Source of the DNA: Octopus bimaculoides
Lineage: Eukaryota
NCBI RefSeq assembly: GCF_001194135.2
Contig: NC_068982.1
Coordinates: 152,722,353 to 152,770,692 of the forward strand
Direction of reading: 5' to 3'
Length of the DNA: 48,340 nucleotides
A model generated the notes under the pieces. The model searched no databases. It worked only from the letters and a program-made list of their open reading frames with translations, and was not told where the DNA came from. Both the position numbers and the translations under genes were made by a program. Positions 11,367-24,728 of the stretch are shown piece by piece (position 1 is the first letter of the stretch; the number at the start of each line of letters is the position of its first letter).

Positions 11367-12208
11367 TATGTGCATGTGGGTTGGTGTGTCTCTCCGGTGT
11401 ATGCAATTCAAATAGTATTAAATGAAAACAGTGTTCGATGTATCTTAATGTATATTCACTTGCCACGGGAACGGCTAGCTGGAACGCCGGATAACTTTTG
11501 GCCTATTTAAGTCTTTTTAACAACGCGTATTCTCAGCCATAGGCCTAGGCGAAACTTGCCGTTTCCGATGTCTAGGAAAGAGTGAAGAATAAATTCACTG
11601 ATATTTTGAATAGCGACTGGGTTGTGTAATAAATACATTGTTATCAATTGAAACATCACTGAATGAAGGTAGCCAGAAGATTGTCTGTCAGATTTGCATA
11701 TATTTTAAGAATGATACATACAATACGCCTCCATTTCGATTCAGGAGTGAAGGTTATTGATATGTCGCCATTTTTGCCTCCCTTGTCTATGCGTTTTAAG
11801 TGCTTTAACACCCATTGCTGTAAGGTAGTCGTCCCCCAAATGCTACTCTGCAGCAAACCGACGAACAAGCAAAGCATATATTGTGTTTGTGCTGTCGATA
11901 ATCATAACATTAGCGCTGATTTTAATTAGTAATTGGATATAGTTTTACGTATTCGTCGGCGTGGCATACGAACAAATGGCTCTTGCATTATTTGCATATA
12001 GTCAGTGACGAGCAATTTAGTTCGACACCGTTCCGATTCATGCACGTGATATTGATAAGCCCATTGAAGTGGTGAAATATCGGTATCCATCACACCTGAA
12101 TGGCGAGTTGTTTCGCTTTTCCATAACTTTCAGGCGTTTTAAAACCATTGAGAATGTGCAATTGATAATGTTTACAAAACAAGCACTGCTTTCAATTCGC
12201 AATTCAGT

Positions 12209-12209
<1 letters not shown>

Positions 12210-12272
<63 letters not shown>
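12210..12272. repeat. (TATC)n microsatellite
   Basis: Read directly from the sequence. Confidence 0.95.
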
Positions 12273-12273
<1 letters not shown>

Positions 12274-13140
12274 AATCGATTGTTAATTATCTATCTATCG
12301 ATTGTTAAATATATACGCATGTATGTATATATAGATATATACATGAGTATATACACGTCGGTATAAAAAATATGTGAATTTTGCTTTGCGAATGTGGATT
12401 GATATTGGTTATGCGATGTCACTGCTCGCATGAATATTTTGAGATATTCGTAAATTTATGCAATGGAATACCGTGCACGGTAAATATTTAGCATGAAACA
12501 GAATCTTGTAGGCGGTTAACCTAAAATTGTAGATTCATTATTTTGCTTTTGTTCGCCTACAATATAGTGCGTTTAAGGTGGTAATAGGAGCTTTGGCATC
12601 TATTGGTGAGTGGTGAGGCGTATAGCCGATCCATTGTTATTATTATGCAAATAATTATAGAATATTATATACATATATATATATANNNNNNNNNNNNNNN
12701 NNNNNNNNNNNNNNNNNNNNNNNNNNNNNNNNNNNNNNNNNNNNNNNNNNNNNNNNNNNNNNNNNNNNNNNNNNNNNNNNNNNNNNNNNNNNNNNNNNNN
12801 NNNNNNNNNNNNNNNNNNNNNNNNNNNNNNNNNNNNNNNNNNNNNNNNNNNNNNNNNNNNNNNNNNNNNNNNNNNNNNNNNNNNNNNNNNNNNNNNNNNN
12901 NNNNNNNNNNNNNNNNNNNNNNNNNNNNNNNNNNNNNNNNNNNNNNNNNNNNNNNNNNNNNNNNNNNNNNNNNNNNNNNNNNNNNNNNNNNNNNNNNNNN
13001 NNNNNNNNNNNNNNNNNNNNNNNNNNNNNNNNNNNTATATCTGTATACATACGTATATGCACATATATGTACATACATATGTATATATTCATAAGTACAT
13101 ATATACATACATGCATACATACATATATACATGCATATAC

Positions 13141-13191
<51 letters not shown>

Positions 13192-14949
13192 TATATATAT
13201 CATTGGCTTTTCGTCTATTAAACGCCTTATGAATTTAATTAGAAAATTAAAAAAGCATGACACCAAAACTCATTTCCCTAGACAGCCTGCTGTGTCTCAC
13301 ACACTCACTCACTCACTCACTCTTTAACCCAAACGCACGCACACATACACACACACACACATACTGATGTATTTATATAAGTAAAGGATATCCTTATCGA
13401 GGGACCAAATATGCCATGCTTCAATAAAAAATATTCCTTTTCTTATGGCATTCAACAGGTACGCATACACAAACCTACATATATCTCTCTTTTGTATCGT
13501 TATGTCTTTGCTACTAATTCTGTTTGTCTTCTTTTGAAACTTACATCCGATATATTTAGAATCTCTCTGCAAAATGCGATCAATTACTATGTACCTAAGG
13601 AAAAAAACCATTCTGACTTCCATTATTGTGAAATCTTATACCGCAATATATCTCAATGACGGCCCAAAGAATTCGACGTACTTTAAATTAAAGTTTTAGT
13701 TTTGAATGTTTCTTTAATATATTCAAAAATACTTTGTATACATTGAATTATATCTAGAAGAGAATATTTCGGATTCATATCAAGTTATCTCAAATAATTT
13801 TATTCATTCTTATGTAAGTGAAACTGAAAAGCTCCCAGAAGGATATACTTGATTTCTAATTCAATCTGTACGAATTTTATATTGTGATGTTTAACATTTG
13901 ATTCACTCCTTTCTACTTAATCCAGAACTACTTACAAACATGAGTACAATTCCGTAAGATTTGGAACAAAAGTTCAATACGTGAAGTAGTTCAGCTATAG
14001 TAATTCATCAGAAATACTCTTCTGAAACGTTGCAGAAGGAAGGCTATTGGGGATATTTGAGATTTTGTATAAATACATATTACAAATCGATCGATCTTTT
14101 ATCCAAAATTGTATCACTTAGTAGTCAATAATCAAGCGTATGAAATTGATATTTTCAGCTGGGAAAATACCGTTTCACTCAGATGATAAATCTAATCATA
14201 TAAAAACATTGTTGATCGAGTACCTGCACTTTCGTTTGGACAAATATTTAGATGATAAATTAAAAGTATCTGACATTTTATATGAACATTCCCAGTCGAA
14301 AAGGTACTCGAAATGATTTTTAGCTGGATTATTTAAAGAAAATGCCTTTTTCGCAATAGCTGACACCTAGTTTTGCTATTCCTACATTACTTGTTTGATT
14401 CAGTTCAAGAAATCTCCGAAGCTGTCTTTATTGATATCAGAAGGTTGGTTTTAGCCTTAAAGTAAAAAAAATCTCCTCACTAAAAACTTACGATTTATTT
14501 TATCTGCTTTTTCCTTATGTCTTATTTCCGAATTAGCACCGCGTGACTCTTATATATGGCTTAATCATCTTCATGGAATAACAGTTTCCCCAACTTATTC
14601 GTTAATTTATAACCTCATAAATTATTGAGGCAGAAACAATAATTGGTCACTTAAAACATTTACTATAAAGCAAATCCGCATAAAAAAAAACATCAACTCC
14701 ATAATCTAAATTACACAATTATCACTTATCGTCACAAAGAACAATTAGTTCAAAAGTAATTAATTTACATACAAGTTCTAATTGTTTCTAGCAACTTCTC
14801 TTAGAACTTTCACATTCCTTGAAAACTCAAACCTTATTCTCTCATTTATTACAATTTTCAACAGAAATTGTGATAATCTATCTTTTGTCACTATTTCCGA
14901 GAAACTTTTTGCTGCTACATACTAACCTTCAGTTTTCTAATCAATGTAA

Positions 14950-15158
14950 GATGGCGTGTTGGCAGAATCGTTAGCACCCTGAGCTAAGCGAAATTAAGTC
15001 AGTCTTTACGTTCGGAGTTCAAAGTCCGGCGAGGTCAACATTACCTTTCATCCTTTCCGAGTCGATAAAATAAGTACCAGTTGAGCACTGGGATCGATGA
15101 AATCAACTCACTACCTACTCCGTACTTTCTGACCTTGTGCTAAAATTTGAAACAATAT
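14950..15158 (+). mobile_element. Family A SINE, degenerate full-length copy
   Basis: Contains TGGCAGAATCGTTAGCAC, GAGTTCAAAGTCC and GTCGATAAAATAAGTACCAGTTGAGCACTGGG, with tail TTTGAAACAATATT. A possible decayed TSD AA(T/C)CAATGTA lies at 14939-14948 and 15162-15171. Confidence 0.8.
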
Positions 15159-15483
15159 TCCAACCAATGTACATAGCGGATATTTTTCACGTATATCGTT
15201 ACAGTTTTTCAGATACATGTTTTACATGAGAATATACAAATGAAGAAAGAAGTAACATGGGAGAACATAGAACTGTTATTCTAGGAAACCTGTCTAGGGA
15301 GAAATTAATTTTCAGTCAATAACAAAAATTGCATGTGCTTCTTGGCTAATATACAAATTAAACTCAAAAGAAATGAAAAGGATGAGATAACTTAACAAGT
15401 AAAACCAGATATATGACATTATAAGTTGATGAATGAATTGATTTCATCTCCGTATCTAAGAATAGAACCAGAAATTCATCTAC

Positions 15484-15486
<3 letters not shown>

Positions 15487-15569
<83 letters not shown>
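15487..15569. repeat. (CA)n microsatellite
   Basis: Read directly from the sequence. Confidence 0.95.
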
Positions 15570-15577
<8 letters not shown>

Positions 15578-15980
15578 AAAGAATTAATGCTTCTATATGC
15601 AAAAATGAAACCGAGAAATATTTGAATGTTCTTTCGAAATTACTATAATAGTTAATGAGAAGGTATTCACTAATTGTTTATGTAAGGTATATATTGATCA
15701 AAAATGCCTTCAAAAATACATAAAGGATTTGAATTCTATTATCAAAATATTTTTAGTACCATTATTTTCTGGATTCCTTTCAAGTGTGGATATGAAAATC
15801 AATTGGAATTGATATTGATTTCAATTTTATTAAAACGATAGTTAACCCAATATCATAGTGCTCATTAATAAAAACCACATATTCACATATGTATTTAATT
15901 ATCGTAGATGCTATCGAATACATCACAGAAAGTCAACACAGAAACACACACAAGAACAGACAACTGCTTCTCTCTTTCAC

Positions 15981-16026
<46 letters not shown>

Positions 16027-16247
16027 TTTACGTGTATGTGCCTGTGTGTGTCTGTGTGGGTGTGCGTGTGCATATGTATGTGTGCAAGTGTATAATTGCT
16101 TGGTGATATATATATATATAGTTGCCTTATATGGAATAGCTCTATATAATTTACCATAGCGTAATAGATTTTATTTAGAAGTAAATTTTGGGGAGATGCG
16201 ACTCTGCCTTAACATTCACGATTCTTGGATGACTGATTACACGTTCA

Positions 16248-16292
<45 letters not shown>

Positions 16293-18363
16293 NNNNNNNN
16301 NNNNNNNNNNNNNNNNNNNNNNNNNNNNNNNNNNNNNNNNNNNNNNNNNNNNNNNNNNNNNNNNNNNNNNNNNNNNNNNNNNNNNNNNNNNNNNNNNNNN
16401 NNNNNNNNNNNNNNNNNNNNNNNNNNNNNNNNNNNNNNNNNNNNNNNNNNNNNNNNNNNNNNNNNNNNNNNNNNNNNNNNNNNNNNNNNNNNNNNNNNNN
16501 NNNNNNNNNNNNNNNNNNNNNNNNNNNNNNNNNNNNNNNNNNNNNNNNNNNNNNNNNNNNNNNNNNNNNNNNNNNNNNNNNNNNNNNNNNNNNNNNNNNN
16601 NNNNNNNNNNNNNNNNNNNNNNNNNNNNNNNNNNNNNNNNNNNNNNNNNNNNNNNNNNNNNNNNNNNNNNNNNNNNNNNNNNNNNNNNNNNNNNNNNNNN
16701 NNNNNNNNNNNNNNNNNNNNNNNNNNNNNNNNNNNNNNNNNNNNNNNNNNNNNNNNNNNNNNNNNNNNNNNNNNNNNNNNNNNNNNNNNNNNNNNNNNNN
16801 NNNNNNNNNNNNNNNNNNNNNNNNNNNNNNNNNNNNNNNNNNNNNNNNNNNNNNNNNNNNNNNNNNNNNNNNNNNNNNNNNNNNNNNNNNNNNNNNNNNT
16901 ATATATATATATAAGAATAGAAGAATAATATATATATATATGCACACATACACTGTATTTCTATTTTAAATTTGTTTACACGAAACGTCTTGAATATGCA
17001 AATAAATTTCCTATTCCGTTATGCTGGCCACCTTTTTGGGTTGCATCGAATTGTACCGATTGTACCGATATAATGTAGGATAATCATAATACTAATAACA
17101 AAAACCCTTGGATGGAATTTATAAACATTTAATGCGTCGTTACGCGTGTTTCCACATATCACATGTCTCTTAACATCAAAGTTCATATTCCTGAGATGAT
17201 TACAGTCTATTCCTTAGTATCCGTGGGCATCAAGTTGATCATCTTCATGGATTCATTTCTGCAGACGATATAATATTAATACGTGTACAATAGAGGGATG
17301 CTTAACTTTCTGACCATAACTGAATTATGTGGGTATTTCTGTGTATATTATTGGGGAGGAGAAGATGGCGATGGAAAGAGAAGAAGGATTGGTAGTTATA
17401 CAGAGATTGAGGTGTGTGTGGTGATATCGAACTTATTTTGCTATTCACTCAGCAAATTTCAAATATGGGTAGTATATTCTTTTGCTTGATCTCATTTAAG
17501 GCATGGTTCTCTTCAATGAATACTGAAGTCATCTGATATAGGTCATCTGTTACTGCCACTTCTACCATCAGTTGTTGCGGTTTATTGACTGAATTGATAA
17601 ATGATGCTTTCTTAGGGTGACTTTTTAATTATTTCTGGTGGTTTGGTGTATAGCATCCTAAATATTGGTCGCTTTGTTTATTTGTTTGTGTTCCTTCCTT
17701 GTTTCGTAATGTGTTAACGGCGGTTGATCTTATTTCGACTCAAAATGTTGTTTTCAAATTCCAGAAACGATGTTTTGCTTTAATGTTTACATGATATAAC
17801 GAGCAGCTCAGAGTGCCTATTTACCACGTATTCCCTGATATATATATNNNNNNNNNNNNNNNNNNNNNNNNNNNNNNNNNNNNNNNNNNNNNNNNNNNNN
17901 NNNNNNNNNNNNNNNNNNNNNNNNNNNNNNNNNNNNNNNNNNNNNNNNNNNNNNNNNNNNNNNNNNNNNNNNNNNNNNNNNNNNNNNNNNNNNNNNNNNN
18001 NNNNNNNNNNNNNNNNNNNNNNNNNNNNNNNNNNNNNNNNNNNNNNNNNNNNNNNNNNNNNNNNNNNNNNNNNNNNNNNNNNNNNNNNNNNNNNNNNNNN
18101 NNNNNNNNNNNNNNNNNNNNNNNNNNNNNNNNNNNNNNNNNNNNNNNNNNNNNNNNNNNNNNNNNNNNNNNNNNNNNNNNNNNNNNNNNNNNNNNNNNNN
18201 NNNNNNNNNNNNNNNNNNNNNNNNNNNNNNNNNNNNNNNNNNNNNNNNNNNNNNNNNNNNNNNNNNNNNNNNNNNNNNNNNNNNNNNNNNNNNNNNNNNN
18301 NNNNNNNNNNNNNNNNNNNNNNNNNNNNNNNNNNNNNNNNNNNNNNNNNNNNNNNNNNNNNNN

Positions 18364-19613
18364 GTGGGGTGTGTGGGGATGAGAGAGTGAGTGCGGGTTT
18401 TGTGTGAGGATGTGGGGGTGGGGTGAGGATGTGGTGGAAGAGGTAGAGGTGGAAGGTTAGGGGTGGGTGTTGGGTGTGGATGGAGGAGGTTTCGATGAAG
18501 GGACAACATGGGTAGTAGTGACGAGAGGAAGTGTCAGGGCAAGACAGGAGAGGAGAGGATAGGTGGGTAGGAATGAAGAGAGGAAGTAGGTGTCGGATGA
18601 AGAGAGGAGAGAGAAGTCAGATGTGGCGCAAAGGAGCGAAGAGAGAAGATTAATTCCTGTTTTCGGTGAAAGTGGGAGTCTGGATGGCCCCTGAACAAAG
18701 ACAATCTAAACACTGACAGTTGTTGTAATGAATGACTGGTAAAGCGGAAATGGCGCGAGGCCGGGGTGTCATTTCCCAGTCTAATGTTTCAAAGGTGCTC
18801 TGCGAACCGGTCAGCCAAGCGGCGTCCCGTGTACCCGATGTACAGAGAAGGGCAGACAGAGCAGGAGATGCAAGGTATAAGTGTGAGTCGGTGTGTTTGT
18901 AGTGCACGGAGGTAGTGAGAGCGGAGTGATGTATGTTAACCGAAATGTCGAGAAAGGCGACGGAAGTGTTGGAAATAGTGCAGGAGAATTCGAAGGCAGG
19001 ATGGAAGGAGTGGATAAAAAAGAGGAAGGAGTCTAGATGTTCGTGGGAGAGCGAGGTCGCACCGATACAGTCATCAATATAACTACCGTATCGTCCGGGA
19101 GTGGGACCAGTGAATCGTGAAAATATTTGGGCTTCAACGTAGCCAACGAATAGGTTCGAATAGTTGGGGGTCCATTCTTGTTCCCATGACCACTCCCGAG
19201 GAATCTTGATAAAATTTCCTCGCGAACGAGAAGCAGTTGAGGGAGAGAACAAGTTCAGCCGGAGGAAGAAATGTGGATTTGTCAAGTTGGGGATTGGGTC
19301 GAAGGTCTAGGAAGTGTTTGAGGACAAGTAGTCCTTCGTTGTGTGGGATTACTGTATATAGACTCTTGGTATCAAGAGTGAAGAGAAGTCTAGGGGGGGC
19401 CAGGAAGGAGGAGAAAGAGTTGAAAAGACGGAGAGCATGATTGGTGTCGTGGATGTGGGAGGGGAGGGAAGCCACTGGAGGGGCCAGGACACGGTCGAAT
19501 TATTTCGAGATCAACTGCGTGGGGCACTTACAGGCGAAGACGATTGTGGGGGTGGGGGCAGGGTTTTTGTGCTTGTGGTTTTTGCGAAGGAAATAAATGG
19601 GAGTGTATGGAGT
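18364..19613 (-). mobile_element. Penelope-like element remnant: RT + GIY-YIG endonuclease + pyrimidine-rich 3' tail, internally deleted
   Basis: RT motifs on the minus strand: LFTLDTKSLYTVIPHNEG, GVVMGTRM-PNYSNLFVGYVE, YIDD (19070-19081), FLDISV and YKHTDSH. In another frame from about 18875: CISCSVCPSLYIGYTGRRLADRFAEHL*NIR...RHF...QELIFSLRSFAPH (GIY-YIG). Both ends run into N-gaps. Confidence 0.9.
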
Positions 19614-20164
19614 NNNNNNNNNNNNNNNNNNNNNNNNNNNNNNNNNNNNNNNNNNNNNNNNNNNNNNNNNNNNNNNNNNNNNNNNNNNNNNNNNNNNNNN
19701 NNNNNNNNNNNNNNNNNNNNNNNNNNNNNNNNNNNNNNNNNNNNNNNNNNNNNNNNNNNNNNNNNNNNNNNNNNNNNNNNNNNNNNNNNNNNNNNNNNNN
19801 NNNNNNNNNNNNNNNNNNNNNNNNNNNNNNNNNNNNNNNNNNNNNNNNNNNNNNNNNNNNNNNNNNNNNNNNNNNNNNNNNNNNNNNNNNNNNNNNNNNN
19901 NNNNNNNNNNNNNNNNNNNNNNNNNNNNNNNNNNNNNNNNNNNNNNNNNNNNNNNNNNNNNNNNNNNNNNNNNNNNNNNNNNNNNNNNNNNNNNNNNNNN
20001 NNNNNNNNNNNNNNNNNNNNNNNNNNNNNNNNNNNNNNNNNNNNNNNNNNNNNNNNNNNNNNNNNNNNNNNNNNNNNNNNNNNNNNNNNNNNNNNNNNNN
20101 NNNNNGGTAGACCAGTTAGATACAGGTGGAGTGTTGTGGAATACTGCTTGTATACAATCGTTGT

Positions 20165-20372
20165 ACGCTTGCAGAATCGTTTGAACGCCAGGCAAAATGT
20201 TTAACAGCATTTCGTCTGTCATATTCCAAGCTCAAATTCCGCCGAGCTCGACTTTTGCCTTTCATCCTTTTGGAGACAATAAAATAAGTATCTATGGAGC
20301 ACTGGGGTTGTTATAATCGACTTGCTGCCTCCCGCGAAGAAGTTGGCTATATACCAAAATTTGAAGCCAATA
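20165..20372 (+). mobile_element. Family A SINE, degenerate
   Basis: Contains GCAGAATCGTT, CAAATTCCGCCGAGCTCGACTTTTGCCTTTCATCC and GAGCACTGGGG, with tail AAATTTGAAGCCAATAT. Confidence 0.8.
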
Positions 20373-20439
20373 TATATATATATGTACAAATATAATATAT
20401 ATGAGGTGAATACAGAAGAAAAAGTATCACGGCTAAGGA

Positions 20440-20910
20440 GCAAGGTCGAGCAAACAAGACACCATTTTAACACTTTGATGGAAAGAGAAAGCGCTTCAAC
20501 GTTGCGGTCGATAGAAGAATAAGACAAAAGTATGAGAGAGAAAGACAGATAATCATTTAGAAAGACAAAAGAAAGACATGCTGCTCTATGAGGGAAGTTA
20601 AGAAAGGAGGAAAGAACAGTTGTATATAGGAAATTATGGGAGTGTATCCATGTCTGGATATCATAACTGAGTGGCTCAGTGTAGTGCTTTTATGCGTGTA
20701 GATGTGTACAGTGGCGTAGGTTAATGGGGTTGTGCGGTGATAGTGTGTGTGTGTAAGCGTTGGTTGGTGGTAAGAAAGCGTGTAAGCAACGTGGTAAGAG
20801 CGAAAAATGAATGTGAAAGAAAGGAGATGTTGGGAAAGCAAATGAAATAGTAAGACCAACGTGATGTGTATGCAAGTGTATGACAAAATTGCTTATGAGT
20901 GGGAGTTCGT
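20440..20910 (-). mobile_element. Possible decayed Penelope-type terminal (pLTR/tail) segment
   Basis: Has the same strong C/T bias on the minus strand as the PLE tail at 18364-18630 and contains CCGCAACGTT, which resembles a GAAACGT hammerhead half-core. It could not be aligned by eye to the downstream tail. Confidence 0.3.
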
Positions 20911-20980
20911 TTCACAAGGAGGGCCGGGGTAAACTAAACTTAAGAAGAGAAAAAACTATATAATTGTAACCATATAAATA

Positions 20981-21011
<31 letters not shown>

Positions 21012-21259
21012 NNNNNNNNNNNNNNNNNNNNNNNNNNNNNNNNNNNNNNNNNNNNNNNNNNNNNNNNNNNNNNNNNNNNNNNNNNNNNNNNNNNNNNNNN
21101 NNNNNNNNNNNNNNNNNNNNNNNNNNNNNNNTATACAAACTTACGCATATTCGAACCCGTAAGAAAGACATTCACTCTATTCTTTGATGGGGAAAATTTC
21201 TCACTGTAGACAAATAGGTAGAAACACAACTAAAGTGGTTAAATTCAATTTTGACTAGT

Positions 21260-21390
21260 ATTAGTTTCAGATTTTGGCACAAGGCTAACAATTTCAGACA
21301 AGAGGTTTATCTATTACATCGACTCCAGTGCTCAATTGGTATTTTGTATTAACCCACAAAAAGTGAGGTAAAGTTGAATTTTGCTAAATA
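21260..21390 (-). mobile_element. Family A SINE, strongly decayed 3' half
   Basis: Plus-strand TTTTGGCACAAGG and ACATCGACTCCAGTGCTCAATTGGTATTTT match the reverse complement of family A. Confidence 0.65.
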
Positions 21391-22350
21391 TAAAACAACT
21401 TTTGCTGATTCATAGGAAGATAGCCGATGAAGCGGTGACTCGATGTGGAATTAAATGCATAAGGACCCTAACATTATAAATTTCTATATCTAGTTAAATA
21501 AAATTAAAATGTTAGTAAATGAAATACAATCAGCAACGGCATTGTTTTCAATAAAAATAAACGACTTGTGCAGTAAAACAACGCCATCCATGAAACATTT
21601 AATGTTGCCAAGTTAAATAAATGTTATCATATCAAACAAATACCCACAGTGAATATAATAAAGAACATAAAAAGAACAAACAAGGCCACTTGAGCAAAAG
21701 AAACAAGAAAAACACTCCCCATAAAGAAACATTTCCCTTAAAAATAAAATTTGAAAGTGACAGAAGCATTATCAAAGGAAAATGCATGGAAAGCAATATC
21801 TGGTTAGTAAATTATTACCAATATGATTAGGCTGAATATCAAGATGAATTGTAGGCAATAATTACTTATAGGAACGGCAACATTAAGCTAAAAGTGGTAT
21901 ACATCAAGCGAATTACGGAAGCTCGAGAACAACAGTAATATCATTTACAAATATAAATGGAATAAAACATCAGCAGCAAGCTAGGATTAAGCAACAATAG
22001 AAATAAAGAAGCATTAATAAGTGCAACATAAACAACACAAAATATATCTGTACCAATATAAGCAACAAGAACAGCGACAACAATAAATATCTTTGTTAGG
22101 ATATGTTAATAACAGTGAGATAAACGAATTCCTAATTTAAAGAATTCTGATGAATACAATAACAAGAACAATCAATAATAACATCAGTTAGCCATTTTAT
22201 GACTTCAACCAACCAAACTTCTACAATTATGAGATCAGAGCACAAATTAGAGGAACAATAGGACCAAGTAACGTTAAGTTATATTTCCCATTTATTCTGG
22301 TTCTTTCTTTTTAAATACGTCAATTTAAAATTTCTAAACAGAATGTGTAT

Positions 22351-22421
<71 letters not shown>

Positions 22422-24261
22422 NNNNNNNNNNNNNNNNNNNNNNNNNNNNNNNNNNNNNNNNNNNNNNNNNNNNNNNNNNNNNNNNNNNNNNNNNNNNNNN
22501 NNNNNNNNNNNNNNNNNNNNNNNNNNNNNNNNNNNNNNNNNNNNNNNNNNNNNNNNNNNNNNNNNNNNNNNNNNNNNNNNNNNNNNNNNNNNNNNNNNNN
22601 NNNNNNNNNNNNNNNNNNNNNNNNNNNNNNNNNNNNNNNNNNNNNNNNNNNNNNNNNNNNNNNNNTATATATATATATATGCATGTGTGTGTGTGTGTGC
22701 ATTTCCATTCCCTTTCAGCCGGAGAAGCACAATCTGAGATGGTAATTCTGATGATCGCCAGATGGAAATGTACTGGAAATATCTAAACTAAAACAAATGT
22801 CGGTTTTCGTCTTATATTTTGAGTTAAATCTAAATAAATTAAAAACAAACAGTACAACCAAATATGAAACGAATAAGAAAATAAAGTAATGCAATCTTTC
22901 TACAAACTCGGTCGATTGTTTATACATTGTTTTGAGAAAGTCAATTGTACACATACAGTTGCTTCGTTCTCTCCACCCCACCTGCGTCCTCTGTCTTTTC
23001 TTCGTTCCTTCTTTTATTTTGCTATATATTCACCTCTTTGTGAGGATTTTGATTTTGATTGAAAGAAAAACATTAGACAAAAAAGGAAAATAATAATAAC
23101 AGAAACTGAAATAATATCTAATCATTTAAAGAAGTAAATTCAAATACTTTAAAAATGTAAAGAAATTTCTGGAATGGGAAAAAAGAATAAAACAGAATAT
23201 CGATTATTTATTGATTAATAGAACTTTGGCATTTATTTTGTAATCATCATGTCCAGGGTTGTAGTAAGATTCACTCTCGGAAAGAAGCCAAATTCACATA
23301 GTTCAGATTTCAAACTCCACCCGCACACCTTCCCTCATCCTTTCAAAACAGGTAGATAGATAATTTATCCAGACTATATTCATCTCTTGCTATGTTCTTC
23401 TGTTGAAATATCGATATTCAACATTCTTTAACCGTTAGTTGTACGTTGCAGCTGTGATCAGTTTAATTTTTCTGCTCTGTTGAGCAGAAATTTACCCCAG
23501 TTTGACATAATCGCTACCCTAAATGCACCATATTGTCTCCGAATAAATAATGTGTTGTCGACCATCTGAACAGTGGGAGTGGAGATGATAGTTGAACATT
23601 GAGGTGGGGTAGGGAGTAGCTTTTTTCTTCTATTTTGTTCCATATGTAGTTAAACCAGTGCATATATAGTTGAGAATAATCACATGATTAATGTGGTTGA
23701 TTTCGTATATATTAGAAAAATAAATTGTATTATTGGTACTGCCAATAGTGGTTGTTGTAGTAGCAGTCGTTGTGTTAGTGTCTATAATAATGATTTCTTA
23801 TATCGCCACAAAACTACAGTCTTCCAAAATATATAATGGGCAGCATCGCTAAATTAAAAACTAGTTTATCGAGCTTTGAAGGATTAAAAAGCGAAGTAAA
23901 TGGTAGTGCAGCTCAAACTAAAAAAATACAACATATGTGTACATAACTTTATGCGACACATTTCTCTTTCTGAAATGAATCATGACATGGGAATAAAATA
24001 ATAATAATCATCTGACCCCGCTAACAAGCTTGTTAAACGAAACCACCATGGGTTATAGGTGCTACGGAAAAAAAGTAAACCATCTCCTGCACATGGAAAA
24101 AAAGCTAACACAATATAGCACCAGGAAGAGTTTGCACACTCCCAACAGTAGAAACGAACACACAATGCTGCACACACCCCAGTAACTCTGAGGTATAGCA
24201 AGTAATGCAGAAGAAATTTACCTCAATGTACCAAATATTGAAATATTATAATAATAATAAT

Positions 24262-24447
24262 AATCCTTTCTATTATAGGTACAAGGCCTGAAATTTTGGA
24301 GGTGGATCTACTCGATCACATCGACCCCTTGAAAGGATAAAAGGCGAAGTCAACCTCGGCGGAATTTGAACTCACAACGTAGCGACGGGCGAAATACCGC
24401 TAAGTATTTCGTCCAGCGTGATAACGATTCTGCCATCTCGCTGCCTT
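24262..24447 (-). mobile_element. Family A SINE with a 31-bp deletion between ATCGACCC direct repeats
   Basis: Highly similar to 5614-5828, but has a single ATCGACCC (24320-24327) where the full copy has two (5673-5680 and 5704-5711). Confidence 0.9.
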
Positions 24448-24453
24448 AATTAA

Positions 24454-24484
<31 letters not shown>

Positions 24485-24531
24485 ATGAATAAATAAATAA
24501 ATAAATAAATAGTGATAATAATAATAATAAT
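24448..24531. repeat. (TAAA)n followed by (TAA)n
   Basis: Read directly from the sequence. Confidence 0.9.
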
Positions 24532-24532
24532 G

Positions 24533-24728
24533 CAGTACCAGACAGTGGCTATGCCTGGAGGCAGTATCAGGCAGTGACTCTCATGGCTTCTGATCTTAAT
24601 TGATTGGAAGTGTTATCATGTACATTGTTTTATTTTGGCATAAAAGATGGGCTACAACAAATATTTTGCTTATCACCACAAATTTTCTTGTCAGTTGTTT
24701 GACCGTAACCAGTTGAGCATGTCCCTAT
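24533..24728. mobile_element. Fragment of another interspersed repeat (octopus SINE-like)
   Basis: The block GGCTTCTGATCTTAATTGATTGGAAGTGTTATCATGTACATTG...AACCAGTTGAGCATGTCCC is recalled as an abundant octopus repeat, and it abuts a (TAA)n tract. This is recall only; there is no second copy in the window. Confidence 0.5.
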
